The notes under the pieces were generated by a model. That model was not told the origin of the DNA and made no database searches. It was given only the letters and a program-made list of their open reading frames with translations. DNA of 64,000 bases from Vicinamibacterales bacterium (GTDB lineage: Bacteria; Acidobacteriota; Vicinamibacteria; Vicinamibacterales; UBA8438): NCBI GenBank assembly GCA_965206705.1, contig CBDBKJ010000003.1, forward strand, positions 19,403-83,402. The letters are read 5' to 3'. The translations under genes were made by a program, and so were the position numbers. Below, one piece after another: positions 17,931-26,576 of the stretch. Within the stretch, counting starts at the first letter, position 1. Each line of letters opens with the position of its first letter.

Positions 17931-19418
17931 ATGGCGCGCATGGTGGACAAACCCGACTCGTTCGACAAGCTGCCGCTGCCCGAGACGAGCCCTCGCGGGC
18001 TCCTCCGGCATTTCGGTCCCGGCCTCATTCTGATGATGACGGGCATCGGCACGAGCCATCTGGTGACGGCGCCGGCGGCGGGCGGCCGGTTCGAGTACGC
18101 CCTGCTGTGGTGCATCCCGGTCGCCTACATCTTCAAGTACTACGGCTTCGAGATGGCGTTCCGGTTCACGAACGCCACCGGGCGCAGCATGCTCGATGCC
18201 TATACCACCGCGCCGGGGAAGTGGCCGGTCTGGTACGTGCTGATCACGACCCTGGTGCAGTGCGCGCTGGGGCAGGCGGGTCGGCTGGCGGCGGCCGCCG
18301 CGGTGCTGTTCTTCGTGTTCTCGGAGTATCTCGGACTGGGGCTGCCGAGCTGGCTGTACGGGCTCGGGCTGGGGGTGCTCGCGGTCGCCATCATCCTGTA
18401 CGGGCGCTATGCCGCGGTCGAGTTGGCCACCAAGGTGCTCGCGGGGGTGCTGTTCGTGTCGACGGTGGGGGTGTACCTGTTCGAGCCGGCGCCGATCTCG
18501 GCGATGGGACGGTTCTTCACGGTCGAGATTCCCGGCGGATCGTGGCTCATCATCGCGGCGTTTCTCGGGCTGCTGCCGACCGGCATCGACGTCTCGCTGC
18601 AGGCCTCGGAGTGGGGCAAGGCGAAGCGGGTGGGCATGGGGCGCATTCGGGAGCAGCTCGAGCGGGAGGGCTATGCCCGCCCGTTCGACGCCTTCTCGTC
18701 GAACGCGGAAGACCTCCGCGTCGAAGTCTCGAAGCTGCCGGCGCACGCGCAGGAGTACTGCCGGCGCTGGTTCCGCATCGGCATCCTGGACTTCACGATG
18801 GGACACATCGTGTCGTTCGTGCTCGCGACCATCTTCCTGTTGCTGGCCGCGGTGTGGCTCTATCCCAGCGAGGTGGCCGGCAACGCGGTGATCGGCGAGA
18901 TCGCCCGCATCTTCACCGAGAGCGGCGGGCCGGCGATGATGATGGTGTTCCTCGGCGGCGCGTTCGCCGCGACCTTCTCGACCGCCTTCAACTACTTCGA
19001 CGGCTGGCCCCGGGTGGTGGCCGCGTGCTGCCGGAACCTGTTCCGGGGGACGGCCGAGCTGTCCGGCATAGCCGCCGAGGGGGTTACCGCGGCGCACCGG
19101 CGAGCCTGGTGGTCCGAGTACAACATCTACCGCATCACGATGTTCTACTCCCTGATCGCGGCGGTGGTGATCATCGCGGGCCTGCCGCGGCCGGTGTTCC
19201 TGATACTGGTGTCGTCGGCGCTCGCGTTCTTCATCGCGCCGGTCATCTTCTTTCTGAACATCTACTACTGCCTGACCATCATTCCGAAGACCGAGAAGGG
19301 GTTCTATCCGTCGCAGCCGGTGATCTGGTTCAGCTGGTTCAGCCTCGCCGTGTTCACCGCGCTGACCTTCGTCATCATCCTCGCGCGGGTGTTCGGCGTG
19401 ACCCTGTTCGGCGGGTAG
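17931..19418 (+). CDS. Nramp-superfamily membrane transporter, divergent
   Basis: ATG at 17931 in track ORF 17409..19418. About 11-12 predicted TM segments. GPGLILMMTGIGTSH aligns to the Nramp TM1 region, but the DPGN motif is absent. Confidence 0.6.
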   Translation: MARMVDKPDSFDKLPLPETSPRGLLRHFGPGLILMMTGIGTSHLVTAPAAGGRFEYALLWCIPVAYIFKYYGFEMAFRFTNATGRSMLDAYTTAPGKWPVWYVLITTLVQCALGQAGRLAAAAAVLFFVFSEYLGLGLPSWLYGLGLGVLAVAIILYGRYAAVELATKVLAGVLFVSTVGVYLFEPAPISAMGRFFTVEIPGGSWLIIAAFLGLLPTGIDVSLQASEWGKAKRVGMGRIREQLEREGYARPFDAFSSNAEDLRVEVSKLPAHAQEYCRRWFRIGILDFTMGHIVSFVLATIFLLLAAVWLYPSEVAGNAVIGEIARIFTESGGPAMMMVFLGGAFAATFSTAFNYFDGWPRVVAACCRNLFRGTAELSGIAAEGVTAAHRRAWWSEYNIYRITMFYSLIAAVVIIAGLPRPVFLILVSSALAFFIAPVIFFLNIYYCLTIIPKTEKGFYPSQPVIWFSWFSLAVFTALTFVIILARVFGVTLFGG

Positions 19419-19490
19419 GACCATGCGCCGCAGGAGTTTCGCGCCGGCGAAACTTCCAACGTGACCGCAGGGTCGCAGGCGGCGATTCCC
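19419..19490 (+). repeat. double-hairpin repeat element, copy 1 (second copy at 35254-35340)
   Basis: GGACCATGCGCCGCAGGAGTTTCGCGCCGGCGAAACTTCCAACGTGACCGCAGGGTCGC starts directly after the stop at 19416-19418. Hairpins AGTTTCGC/GCGAAACT and GTGACC/GGTCGC. Confidence 0.65.
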
Positions 19491-19507
19491 GGACCGGAGT
19501 GGGGAGC

Positions 19508-20398
19508 ATGCAATCAGCATCGCCGGCGATTCGGAGTGCCGCGGCGGGGGCCGCCTGCTGGTGGCTCGCGCTCTCGGCGTCGGCGGCGGGACAGCCGTTC
19601 GACGTCGAGGTCACCCATCAGGCCCGGGGGGTGTTCCCCGGCGAGGCGGTCCTCGTCTCCGTTTCGTCGCCGGAACGGCTGGCCTCGGTCGAGGGGACGA
19701 TCTTCGATCGCACCGTCCATTTCCACCACGGAGACGACGGCTCGTGGCGGGGGCTCGTCGGCATCGATCTGATGGTCGACCCCGGCGACCACGATCTCGT
19801 GCTGCGGATCACCGCGGCCGGGGGCGCGGCCCTGACTCGCGTCCACAACCTGGCGGTGGCCGACAAGGCGTATCCCACCCGCCATCTGACGGTGGAGCCG
19901 CGCTACGTCGAGCCGCCCCCGGAGGTCGCGGCCCGGATCGAGCGCGAGTACCTGCGCCAGACCGCGATCTTCGCTACCGACACCCCGGAGCGGCTCTGGC
20001 GCGGGGCGTGGGTCCGCCCCGTCCGCGGGCGCGCGAACAGCCGGTTCGGCAGCCGCAGCGTGTTCAACGGCCAGCCCCGGAACCCCCACAGCGGCGCCGA
20101 CTTCCTGGCCGGCGTGGGCACCCCCGTCGCCGCCCCCAACCGCGGCCGGGTGGTCCTGGCCGGCGACACCTACTTCTCGGGCGGGTCGGTCATTCTCGAC
20201 CACGGCTGGGGCCTCTACTCGTACCTGGCCCATCTCTCGCGGATCGTCGTCGAGGAGGGCGACGTGGTGCAGCAGGGCGACGTGGTGGGCGACTCGGGAG
20301 CCACCGGACGGGTCACCGGCCCCCATCTGCACTGGACCGTGCGCATGAGCGGCGCGCGGGTCGACCCCCTGTCGGTGCTCGAGATCCTGCAGGACTGA
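19508..20398 (+). CDS. M23-family metallopeptidase
   Basis: ATG at 19508, signal-like N-terminus. HSGADF...DHGWGLYSYLAHLS...GATGRVTGPHLHW (HxxxD / HxH motifs). Confidence 0.85.
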   Translation: MQSASPAIRSAAAGAACWWLALSASAAGQPFDVEVTHQARGVFPGEAVLVSVSSPERLASVEGTIFDRTVHFHHGDDGSWRGLVGIDLMVDPGDHDLVLRITAAGGAALTRVHNLAVADKAYPTRHLTVEPRYVEPPPEVAARIEREYLRQTAIFATDTPERLWRGAWVRPVRGRANSRFGSRSVFNGQPRNPHSGADFLAGVGTPVAAPNRGRVVLAGDTYFSGGSVILDHGWGLYSYLAHLSRIVVEEGDVVQQGDVVGDSGATGRVTGPHLHWTVRMSGARVDPLSVLEILQD

Positions 20399-20866
20399 GC
20401 CGTCCGCGGGCCGACCGCCGCGCCCGGGCCCGGGCTCACACCGCTCCGGGACGGCCGCGTTCGTTCAACCCGCCCCGTCGGCGCCCGGTCGGGGGCCGGT
20501 GAGGGGCCGGCGCGTGCCGGGTCCGTCGGAACGGGCGGCGGCATGGCCGGCCGATCGCACCGAGACGCACGCCCGGATGGGCTATACTGGAGCGTCGAGG
20601 CCGGGAAGCCATCCCATGCTTGCTCTCTTCACTCACCTGCGCTCTCGCGGGTAGTTTCCGCCTTTCACGACAGCTCTGCCGCCCCGTCGACGGGCACCCA
20701 CGCCGGGATGCCCGGTCCCCGTGCGATCCAGGGCGGCCGGCGGTGAGTCCCTTCCGGCAGCGGGGCTGGCTCGGCCTCTCGTTCGTTCGGCTCGGTGGTT
20801 CCGCCGCGTTTCGTCTTCGACGCGGCCGCGTTTCTCGCGGTCCTCGGTCTTTCTCGTGGTGCTCTG

Positions 20867-22303
20867 ATGTCGTTCTCCGATGTCGTTTCCGACCCTCGAC
20901 CCACGCCGGCGGCGCGTGACGCGGGCTTCTGGGGTGACGTGCGCGACGTGTTGCGCGCCGCGCCCCGCGACTACACCAGCGGCAGCCTCGGCCGCGCGGT
21001 GCTGCTGCTGGCCATCCCCATGGTCCTCGAGATGGGGATGCAGTCGGTGTTCTCCGTCGTCGACGTCTACTTCGTCGGCCGCCTCGGCTCGGAGGCCGTC
21101 GCCATCCTCGGTCTGTCCGACTCGCTGATCGCCCTCGTGTTCGCGGTCTCGATGGGCCTGAGCATGGGGGCCGCGGCGATGGTGTCGCGTCGCGTCGGCG
21201 AGGGGAAGCCCGAGCGCGCCTCGGCCGCCGCCGTCCAGGCCATCGCCTGCGGTTGCGCGGTGTCGTTCGCGCTGGGCCTGGCCGGCGTGGTCTGGGCGTC
21301 AGACCTCCTGGCGCTGCTCGGGGCCTCGCCCGAGATGGCCGCGAACGGCCGCACCTTCACCGCGATCATGCTCGGCGGCTGCGTCACGGTGACGCTGCTG
21401 TTCATGATCAACGGCATCTTCCGCGGGGCCGGCGATCCGGTGCTCGCGATGCGGGCGCTCTGGCTCGCCAACCTCGTCAACATCGTGCTCGATCCGATCC
21501 TGATCTTCGGTCTCGGACCGATCCCGGCGCTGGGTCTGGAGGGGGCGGCGATCGCGACCACCGTGGGACGCGGCCTCGGCGTCGCCTACCAGCTTCGCGC
21601 CCTCTCGGACCGGAACCGCCGCGTGTTCGTCGACTGGCGGCGGGCGCGCCTCGAGCTGCAGACGCTGCTGCGCCTGCTGCGCGTCAGCGGCATCGGCATC
21701 GTGCAATACCTCGTGGGGACCGCGAGCTTCCTCGGGCTCATCCGCATTCTCGCGCCGTTCGGCGAAACGGTGCTGGCCGGCTATACGGTCGCCATCCGCA
21801 TCATCATCTTCGTGCTGCTGCCGGCGTGGGGCGTCGGCAACGCCGCGGCGACGCTGGTGGGGCAGAACCTCGGCGCCGGCCGGCCGGATCGGGCCGAGCA
21901 GGCCGTGTGGTTCACGGCGCGCCTGAACACGCTCTTCCTGGGCGTCGTCGGCGTGGTGTTCGTCGTCTTCGCGCGGCCCATCGTCGGGCTGCTGGCCGCC
22001 GATCCGGACGTGGCGGCGGTCGCCGCCACCTGCCTGCGCATCGTCGCCGCCAGCTACGTGTTCTGGGGATTCGGCCTCGTCACCGTCGTGGCGTTCAACG
22101 GCGCCGGCGACACCACCACCCCCACCTGGATCAACTTCTTCGTCTACTGGGTGGTGCAGCTCCCGCTCGCCTGGACGCTGGCCGGCCCGGCCGGCGTCGG
22201 CCCCTCCGGGGTGTTCGTGACGGTGGCGGTCTGCCAGACTCTGATGGCGGCGGTGGGCGTGCTCGCGTTCCGGCGCGGCCGGTGGAAGTCGCGCGCCCTG
22301 TAG
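20867..22303 (+). CDS. MATE-family efflux transporter
   Basis: 12-TM protein. LAIPMVLEMGMQSVFSVVDVYFVGRLG is a typical MATE N-terminal block. Internal ATG at 20867 chosen within track ORF 20795..22303. Confidence 0.85.
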   Translation: MSFSDVVSDPRPTPAARDAGFWGDVRDVLRAAPRDYTSGSLGRAVLLLAIPMVLEMGMQSVFSVVDVYFVGRLGSEAVAILGLSDSLIALVFAVSMGLSMGAAAMVSRRVGEGKPERASAAAVQAIACGCAVSFALGLAGVVWASDLLALLGASPEMAANGRTFTAIMLGGCVTVTLLFMINGIFRGAGDPVLAMRALWLANLVNIVLDPILIFGLGPIPALGLEGAAIATTVGRGLGVAYQLRALSDRNRRVFVDWRRARLELQTLLRLLRVSGIGIVQYLVGTASFLGLIRILAPFGETVLAGYTVAIRIIIFVLLPAWGVGNAAATLVGQNLGAGRPDRAEQAVWFTARLNTLFLGVVGVVFVVFARPIVGLLAADPDVAAVAATCLRIVAASYVFWGFGLVTVVAFNGAGDTTTPTWINFFVYWVVQLPLAWTLAGPAGVGPSGVFVTVAVCQTLMAAVGVLAFRRGRWKSRAL

Positions 22304-22486
22304 GCGAGGCAGCGGGCGGGCGTCGATCCGCCTCGCACCGGCGGCTTGTTCCGGCGGTCCGGCGCATCGCGGGCATGGCCGGGGAGGTCTCGTCGAGGAA
22401 CGGAATCGGTTGCATGACGGGAGGAAAGCTGCCTCGGTATGTGATTACGGTGATTACGGTATGATGCCTGAAGGGGGATCCAGACG

Positions 22487-22741
22487 ATGGGAAAGGCGAC
22501 CGCCGTCCGCGAGCTGAAGCTGATCGACATCGGCAATTCCAGAGGCATCCGCCTCCCCAAGGTGATGCTGCAGAAGTATGGCTGGAGCGACTTGCTCGTC
22601 GTCGAGGAAACCAACGACGGCGTCTTCCTGCGCGGCGGGGCGGCGAACAGGCTCTCCTGGGAGGACACGTATCGGGCGATGGCGGCGGAGGGTGAGGACT
22701 GGAGCGACCTGGACGCGACGGACGCCGACGGCCTGGACTGA
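22487..22741 (+). CDS. mazE: AbrB/MazE/SpoVT-family antitoxin
   Basis: 84 aa. IGNSRGIRLPKVMLQKYG is a SpoVT-AbrB swapped-hairpin motif. Acidic C-terminus. Stop overlaps the next start (TGATG). Confidence 0.8.
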   Translation: MGKATAVRELKLIDIGNSRGIRLPKVMLQKYGWSDLLVVEETNDGVFLRGGAANRLSWEDTYRAMAAEGEDWSDLDATDADGLD

Positions 22742-23073
22742 TGGCGGCCTTTCCTCAGAGATACGTCATCTACCTCGCCGATCTCAATCCCACCGTCGGC
22801 GGCGAGATCCGCAAGGTCCGGCCGGTGGTGGTCGTCAGCCGGAACGAAATGAACCGCTTTCTGGAAACGGTCGTCGTGTGTCCGCTGACGTCCGTCCTGC
22901 ACCCGCGATGGCGTGGGCGGCTGCAGGTACGATGCGCCGGGAAGGATGCCGAAATCGCGGTGGACCAGATCCGGACCATCAGCAAGCAGCGGCTGCGGCA
23001 ACGACTCGACCGGCTCCCTGCCGCCGACTGCCCCCAACTGCGCCGCCTGGTGACGGAGATGTACGGAGAGTAG
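22741..23073 (+). CDS. mazF: MazF/PemK-family endoribonuclease toxin
   Basis: 110 aa. YLADLNPTVGGEIRKVRPVVVVS...VVCPLTS, typical PemK fold motifs. Confidence 0.85.
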   Translation: MAAFPQRYVIYLADLNPTVGGEIRKVRPVVVVSRNEMNRFLETVVVCPLTSVLHPRWRGRLQVRCAGKDAEIAVDQIRTISKQRLRQRLDRLPAADCPQLRRLVTEMYGE

Positions 23074-23307
23074 AAACGGGCTCGCGGACTGCCATGGATC
23101 AGCGGCGGGGAATCCTCTTTGCCGGCGCACCGGCTGCCCAGCGGGCCGCGAGCGCGGCGGTGGATCCATGAAAGATGCAATATCTGGTGCGTACTTTCAT
23201 GGAGCGTCATCGATTTCAGCCGTTTCCCCCGATCGCGCTCCGCCCCCCCGTGCCGGCGGCGAGCACGCGTGCCTGCGCCAGTGTGATACCATGCCTGCAT
23301 ATAGAGC

Positions 23308-23550
23308 ATGCAGTACACGATTCGAGCGGTTCCCGACGCGATCGATCGCGCCATTCGGCAGCGGGCCAGACGCGAAGCCAGGAGCCTCAATGCGGTCGTC
23401 ATCGACGCGCTGGCCCACGGGCTGACGCTGGATGCCGCGCCTGTCCGGCACACCGACCTCGACCCCCTGATCGGCACCTGGCAGGACGACCCGGACTTCG
23501 ACCGCGCCGTCGCCGAGTTCGAACGCGTCGACGACGAGTCGTGGAAATGA
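23308..23550 (+). CDS. vapB: RHH/Arc-type antitoxin (VapB/FitA-like)
   Basis: 80 aa. MQYTIRAVPDAIDRAIRQRARREARSLNAVVIDAL is a ribbon-helix-helix pattern. TGA overlaps the ATG of the PIN gene (ATGA). Confidence 0.7.
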   Translation: MQYTIRAVPDAIDRAIRQRARREARSLNAVVIDALAHGLTLDAAPVRHTDLDPLIGTWQDDPDFDRAVAEFERVDDESWK

Positions 23551-23930
23551 ACGTCGCCCTCGACACCAACGCCTACCGCGACTTCATGCGGGGCGTCGTC
23601 GAACGGGTCGAGATCGTCCGCGCCGTGCAGGCGGTCGTCCTGCCGTTCATCGTCCTCGGCGAGCTCCGCGCCGGTTTCGCCGCCGGCGATCGGGAATCGA
23701 CAAACGCCGCCAACCTGCAACGGTTCCTGGCCAGCCCTCGAGTGTCCGTCCTCCTGCCCGACCAACAGACGACACACCACTATGCGCAATTGCACCAGCA
23801 ACTTCGCAACGACGGACTCCGGATACCGACCAACGACCTGTGGATCGCGGCCCTCGTCGTGCAGCATGACCTGGTGCTCTGCACGTCCGACCGCCGTCTT
23901 CGGCAGATTCCGCAACTCGTGACCTGCTGA
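23547..23930 (+). CDS. vapC: PIN-domain toxin VapC
   Basis: 127 aa. LDTNAY (first acidic PIN residue), LGEL, NDLWIAA, CTSDRR blocks. Confidence 0.8.
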   Translation: MNVALDTNAYRDFMRGVVERVEIVRAVQAVVLPFIVLGELRAGFAAGDRESTNAANLQRFLASPRVSVLLPDQQTTHHYAQLHQQLRNDGLRIPTNDLWIAALVVQHDLVLCTSDRRLRQIPQLVTC

Positions 23931-23939
23931 GCGACGATC

Positions 23940-24011
23940 ATGGCCACGGTGAACGTTCACGAAGTCAAGACCCGGCTCTTCGTGGGACTGTCGGTTGAGG
24001 CGTGTCCGTGA
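23940..24011 (+). pseudogene. Phd/YefM-type antitoxin, N-terminal 13-residue fragment
   Basis: MATVNVHEVKTRLF matches the start of Phd/YefM antitoxins, then runs into unrelated sequence and a stop after 23 codons. Confidence 0.45.
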
Positions 24012-24250
24012 CCAGACGCAGACTGCCGATCGGCATCCAGACCTTCCGGGAGCTTCGCGAGAGAGACTGCTACTACGTCGACAAGACGGCCTACGTCGCG
24101 CGGCTGACCGACGAAGGCAAGCACTACTTTCTCTCTCGCCCGCGCCGCTTCGGCAAGAGCCTCTTTCTGGACACGCTGCGTAGCGCCTTGTCGAGATCGG
24201 CATCAAGCCGTGGCTCGGTGGGCCGGCGTTTGGCCGTCGCGAGCATCTGA
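24002..24250 (+). pseudogene. AAA-ATPase-like (PF09820-type, usually fused to a PD-(D/E)XK nuclease), N-terminal fragment
   Basis: [52 protein letters not shown] is the conserved N-terminus of ~500-aa predicted AAA-ATPases. Homology stops near 24185. Confidence 0.6.
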
Positions 24251-24790
24251 CGCTTCATGTCGGCGATGATCCGTTGGCGCTCGGCCGTGTACGCGTCCGG
24301 ATTGAGGGGCGCGATCAGCCGCACGGGATCTCCGGCCAAGCCCTCCCCGAGCGGCTGGCAGTTCGCCGTGCCCTCCCAGGCGGCGAGCGCCTGACACTCG
24401 GTCCAGCTTTCCGCCCGACCGAGGTACCCGATAGCGTGGGCAAGGTCGGCGGCAAGCGCGAACGCCTCGGGTTCCAGCGCCACGCGCGGCCAGGCGGCGA
24501 CCAGGGTCGAACCGCTGGGCAGCCTGAGGAAGGCGTCGAAGACGAGCGTCGTCTTCGGTCGCCCCTTGTCGAGTCCTCCGGTCGGCATGTAGTGACGCGT
24601 GTGCGCGTGGATCGCTCCCGTCGGCAGGCTGTACTCCGGTAACGACCCTGCGAGCGTGTCGATCAGCGACGCGAGATCGTTCTCCGACCAGCGTGCCCGG
24701 TCGCCCTTGCGCCAGTAGGAGGCGATCAGCGCGCGCAGCAGACGCCACGGCTCGGGCGGCCAGGCGACGTCTGCTTCGTTGACGTTGCGA
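24124..24790 (-). pseudogene. csb2: csb2 (subtype I-G/I-U Cas5/6-like, GSU0054 family) internal fragment
   Basis: Minus-strand frame reads GGRNVNEADVAWPPEPWRLLRALIASYWRKG...HTRHYMPTGGLDKGRPKTTLVFDAF...IGYLGRAESW. No start codon (in-frame stop inside the adjoining CRISPR repeat). About 220 of about 450-500 expected residues. Confidence 0.6.
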
Positions 24791-25115
24791 CCCCCGCGGC
24801 CTCATTGAAGCACGACTCACCCCCGTGCGGGTCGACTGACACGGGCAGCATCCGCGGGGTCTGCCCCCGCGGCCTCATTGAAGCTGGAGGCTGCCCGGCG
24901 TCGAGCGCTCGATCATCCGCGTGCATCCGCGGGGTCTGCCCCCGCGGCCTCATTGAAGCGTCACCGGCGAGCAGGTCCTCCAGGCCTACCGGACCGAGCA
25001 TGCATCCGCGGGGTCTGCCCCCGCGGCCTCATTGAAGCATGGTCGCTGGCAGCGCCGCGATGATGTCGTCTTCCAGGGCATCCGCGGGGTTTGCCCCCGC
25101 AGGCCTCATTGAAGC
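24791..25115 (+). CRISPR. small CRISPR array (3 perfect repeats, 1 variant, 1 partial)
   Basis: 37-bp repeat GCATCCGCGGGGTCTGCCCCCGCGGCCTCATTGAAGC at 24848-24884, 24923-24959 and 25002-25038. Variant at 25078-25115. 21-nt partial repeat at 24791-24811. Spacers of 36, 38, 42 and 39 bp. Internal palindrome CCGCGGGG/CCCCGCGG. The ATTGAAGC 3' end sets the + orientation. Confidence 0.85.
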
Positions 25116-25268
25116 CGGTAGCTGCCCGCCGCTTGGTGCGGATCCCGCGGTCGTGCTATGGATGAGCCCGTGAGGGGCAGCAGAGCGGTAGGTCGGCCTA
25201 CGGCCTCGGTAGCCGTAGTCGGCTGGCGTGGTACGGCGGCAGCGTCGTGCCGGGTGACCGAAGGCGAT

Positions 25269-25356
25269 TGGTGCGGAAGGGGGGATTTGAACCCCCATGA
25301 GCCATAGGCTCGCTAGCCCCTCAAGCTAGTGCGTCTGCCAGTTCCGCCACTTCCGC
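25269..25356 (-). tRNA. tRNA-Leu (anticodon GAG), class II with long variable arm
   Basis: Reverse complement reads GCGGAAGTGGCGGAACTGGCAGACGCACTAGCTTGAGGGGCTAGCGAGCCTATGGCTCATGGGGGTTCAAATCCCCCCTTCCGCACCA. Anticodon loop TTGAGGG. Confidence 0.9.
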
Positions 25357-25376
25357 ATGGGTGGTGCGACCGTTTT

Positions 25377-25769
25377 CTACTGAGGTTCTTCCGGCGGGTC
25401 GGCCGGCTCCTCGGTCTCCGCGTCGGGCTCGGCCGCGTCCGCCGGGGCGACCGATGCGGGGGCGGCGTCCAAGGGGGCGGTTAGCGGCGGAGGCGGGAAG
25501 CCGGGGCCGTCCACACCGCTCAGCACCGAGCTGGTGCCGCGCTGGCCCATGATGGCGAGGGTCATCGACCCGATCATGAACAGGGCGCCGAGCACGGTCG
25601 TGAGCCGGGTCAGCACGGTGGCGCTGGCGCGGGCGCCGAAGGCGGCGTCGCTGCCGCTGCCGCCGAAGGCCGCCTGGAGGCCGCCGCCCTTGCCCTGTTG
25701 CATCAGGACCGCGATCAGCAGGAACAGGCAGACGAACACGTGCGCGGCGGTGAGGATAATGCTCAGCAT
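25377..25769 (-). CDS. secG: preprotein translocase subunit SecG
   Basis: MLSIILTAAHVFVCLFLLIAVLMQQGKGGG is the hallmark SecG N-terminus. ATG at 25769 within track ORF 25377..25817. Confidence 0.85.
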   Translation of the reverse strand: MLSIILTAAHVFVCLFLLIAVLMQQGKGGGLQAAFGGSGSDAAFGARASATVLTRLTTVLGALFMIGSMTLAIMGQRGTSSVLSGVDGPGFPPPPLTAPLDAAPASVAPADAAEPDAETEEPADPPEEPQ

Positions 25770-25779
25770 CGTTCTTCCA

Positions 25780-26571
25780 TTATACGGCCAATTCGGCGCG
25801 CGGCCGGCTGGCGGCAACGATTTCGGCGAAGGCGGCGGGGTCGAGACCGGCGCCGCCGACGAGGGCGCCGTCGACGTGCGGCTGCGCCATCAGGGCGGCG
25901 GCGTTGGCCGGCTTGACGCTGCCGCCGTAGAGGATGCGGCAGGCGCCGGCGGCGGCGTCGCCGAAGTGGGCGGCGAGCCGGGCCCGGATGCGGGCGTGGG
26001 CGGCGCCGGCCTGGTCGGGGGTGGCGACGCGGCCGGTTCCGATGGCCCAGATCGGTTCGTAGGCGACGACGGCGCGGCTCGCCTGGGCCGGCGAGAGGTC
26101 GGCGAGGCCCTGCGCGATCTGGCGGTCGAGGACATCGAAGGTGCGGTCGGCTTCGCGTTCTTCCAGCGTCTCGCCGACGCAGACGATGGGCGTCAATCCG
26201 GCGGCGGCGACCGCGCGGGTCTTGGCGTTGACGCCGGCGTCGGTCTCGCCGAACAGCTGGCGGCGCTCGGAATGACCGATGATGGCGAGGGTGACGCCGC
26301 ACGCCTGGAGCATGGGCAGGCTGACCTCGCCGGTGAACGCGCCCTGCGGTTGGGCGTGGACGTTCTGCGCCGCAACGCCGATTCGTCGGCCGGCCGCGAG
26401 GCCCGCCAGCGCGTCCACGAGGGCGGGCAGGGCCGGGAACGGCGGGGCGAGGACGATGTCGACGTCGGTGATGTCGCGGACGCGGGGGACGAGCGCGCGG
26501 GCGTAGTCGACCGCCTCGCGGACGGTCTTGTGCATCTTCCAGTTGGCGGCGACGAATGGGCGTCTGGACAC
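25780..26571 (-). CDS. tpiA: triosephosphate isomerase
   Basis: GTG start at 26571. FVAANWKMH, IIGHSERR, AYEPIWAIGTG, YGGSV motifs. Confidence 0.92.
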   Translation of the reverse strand: MSRRPFVAANWKMHKTVREAVDYARALVPRVRDITDVDIVLAPPFPALPALVDALAGLAAGRRIGVAAQNVHAQPQGAFTGEVSLPMLQACGVTLAIIGHSERRQLFGETDAGVNAKTRAVAAAGLTPIVCVGETLEEREADRTFDVLDRQIAQGLADLSPAQASRAVVAYEPIWAIGTGRVATPDQAGAAHARIRARLAAHFGDAAAGACRILYGGSVKPANAAALMAQPHVDGALVGGAGLDPAAFAEIVAASRPRAELAV

Positions 26572-26576
26572 GGGTC

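Noticed and set aside
20399-20866. The long intergenic region as a housekeeping RNA gene (RNase P, tmRNA, SRP/4.5S, 6S) or a guanidine riboswitch
   Set aside because: None of the hallmark strings is present (GAGGAAAGTCC for RNase P, a tRNA-like GGTTCGAATCC..CCA end for tmRNA, the GGAAGCAGCCA-type SRP loop, ACGR tetraloop pairs for guanidine-II).
23165-23201. The hairpin CCATGAAAG-N19-CTTTCATGG as an intrinsic terminator for mazEF
   Set aside because: It has a 19-nt loop, an AT-rich 9-bp stem and no following U-tract. It is noted only as an inverted repeat within the TA islet finding.
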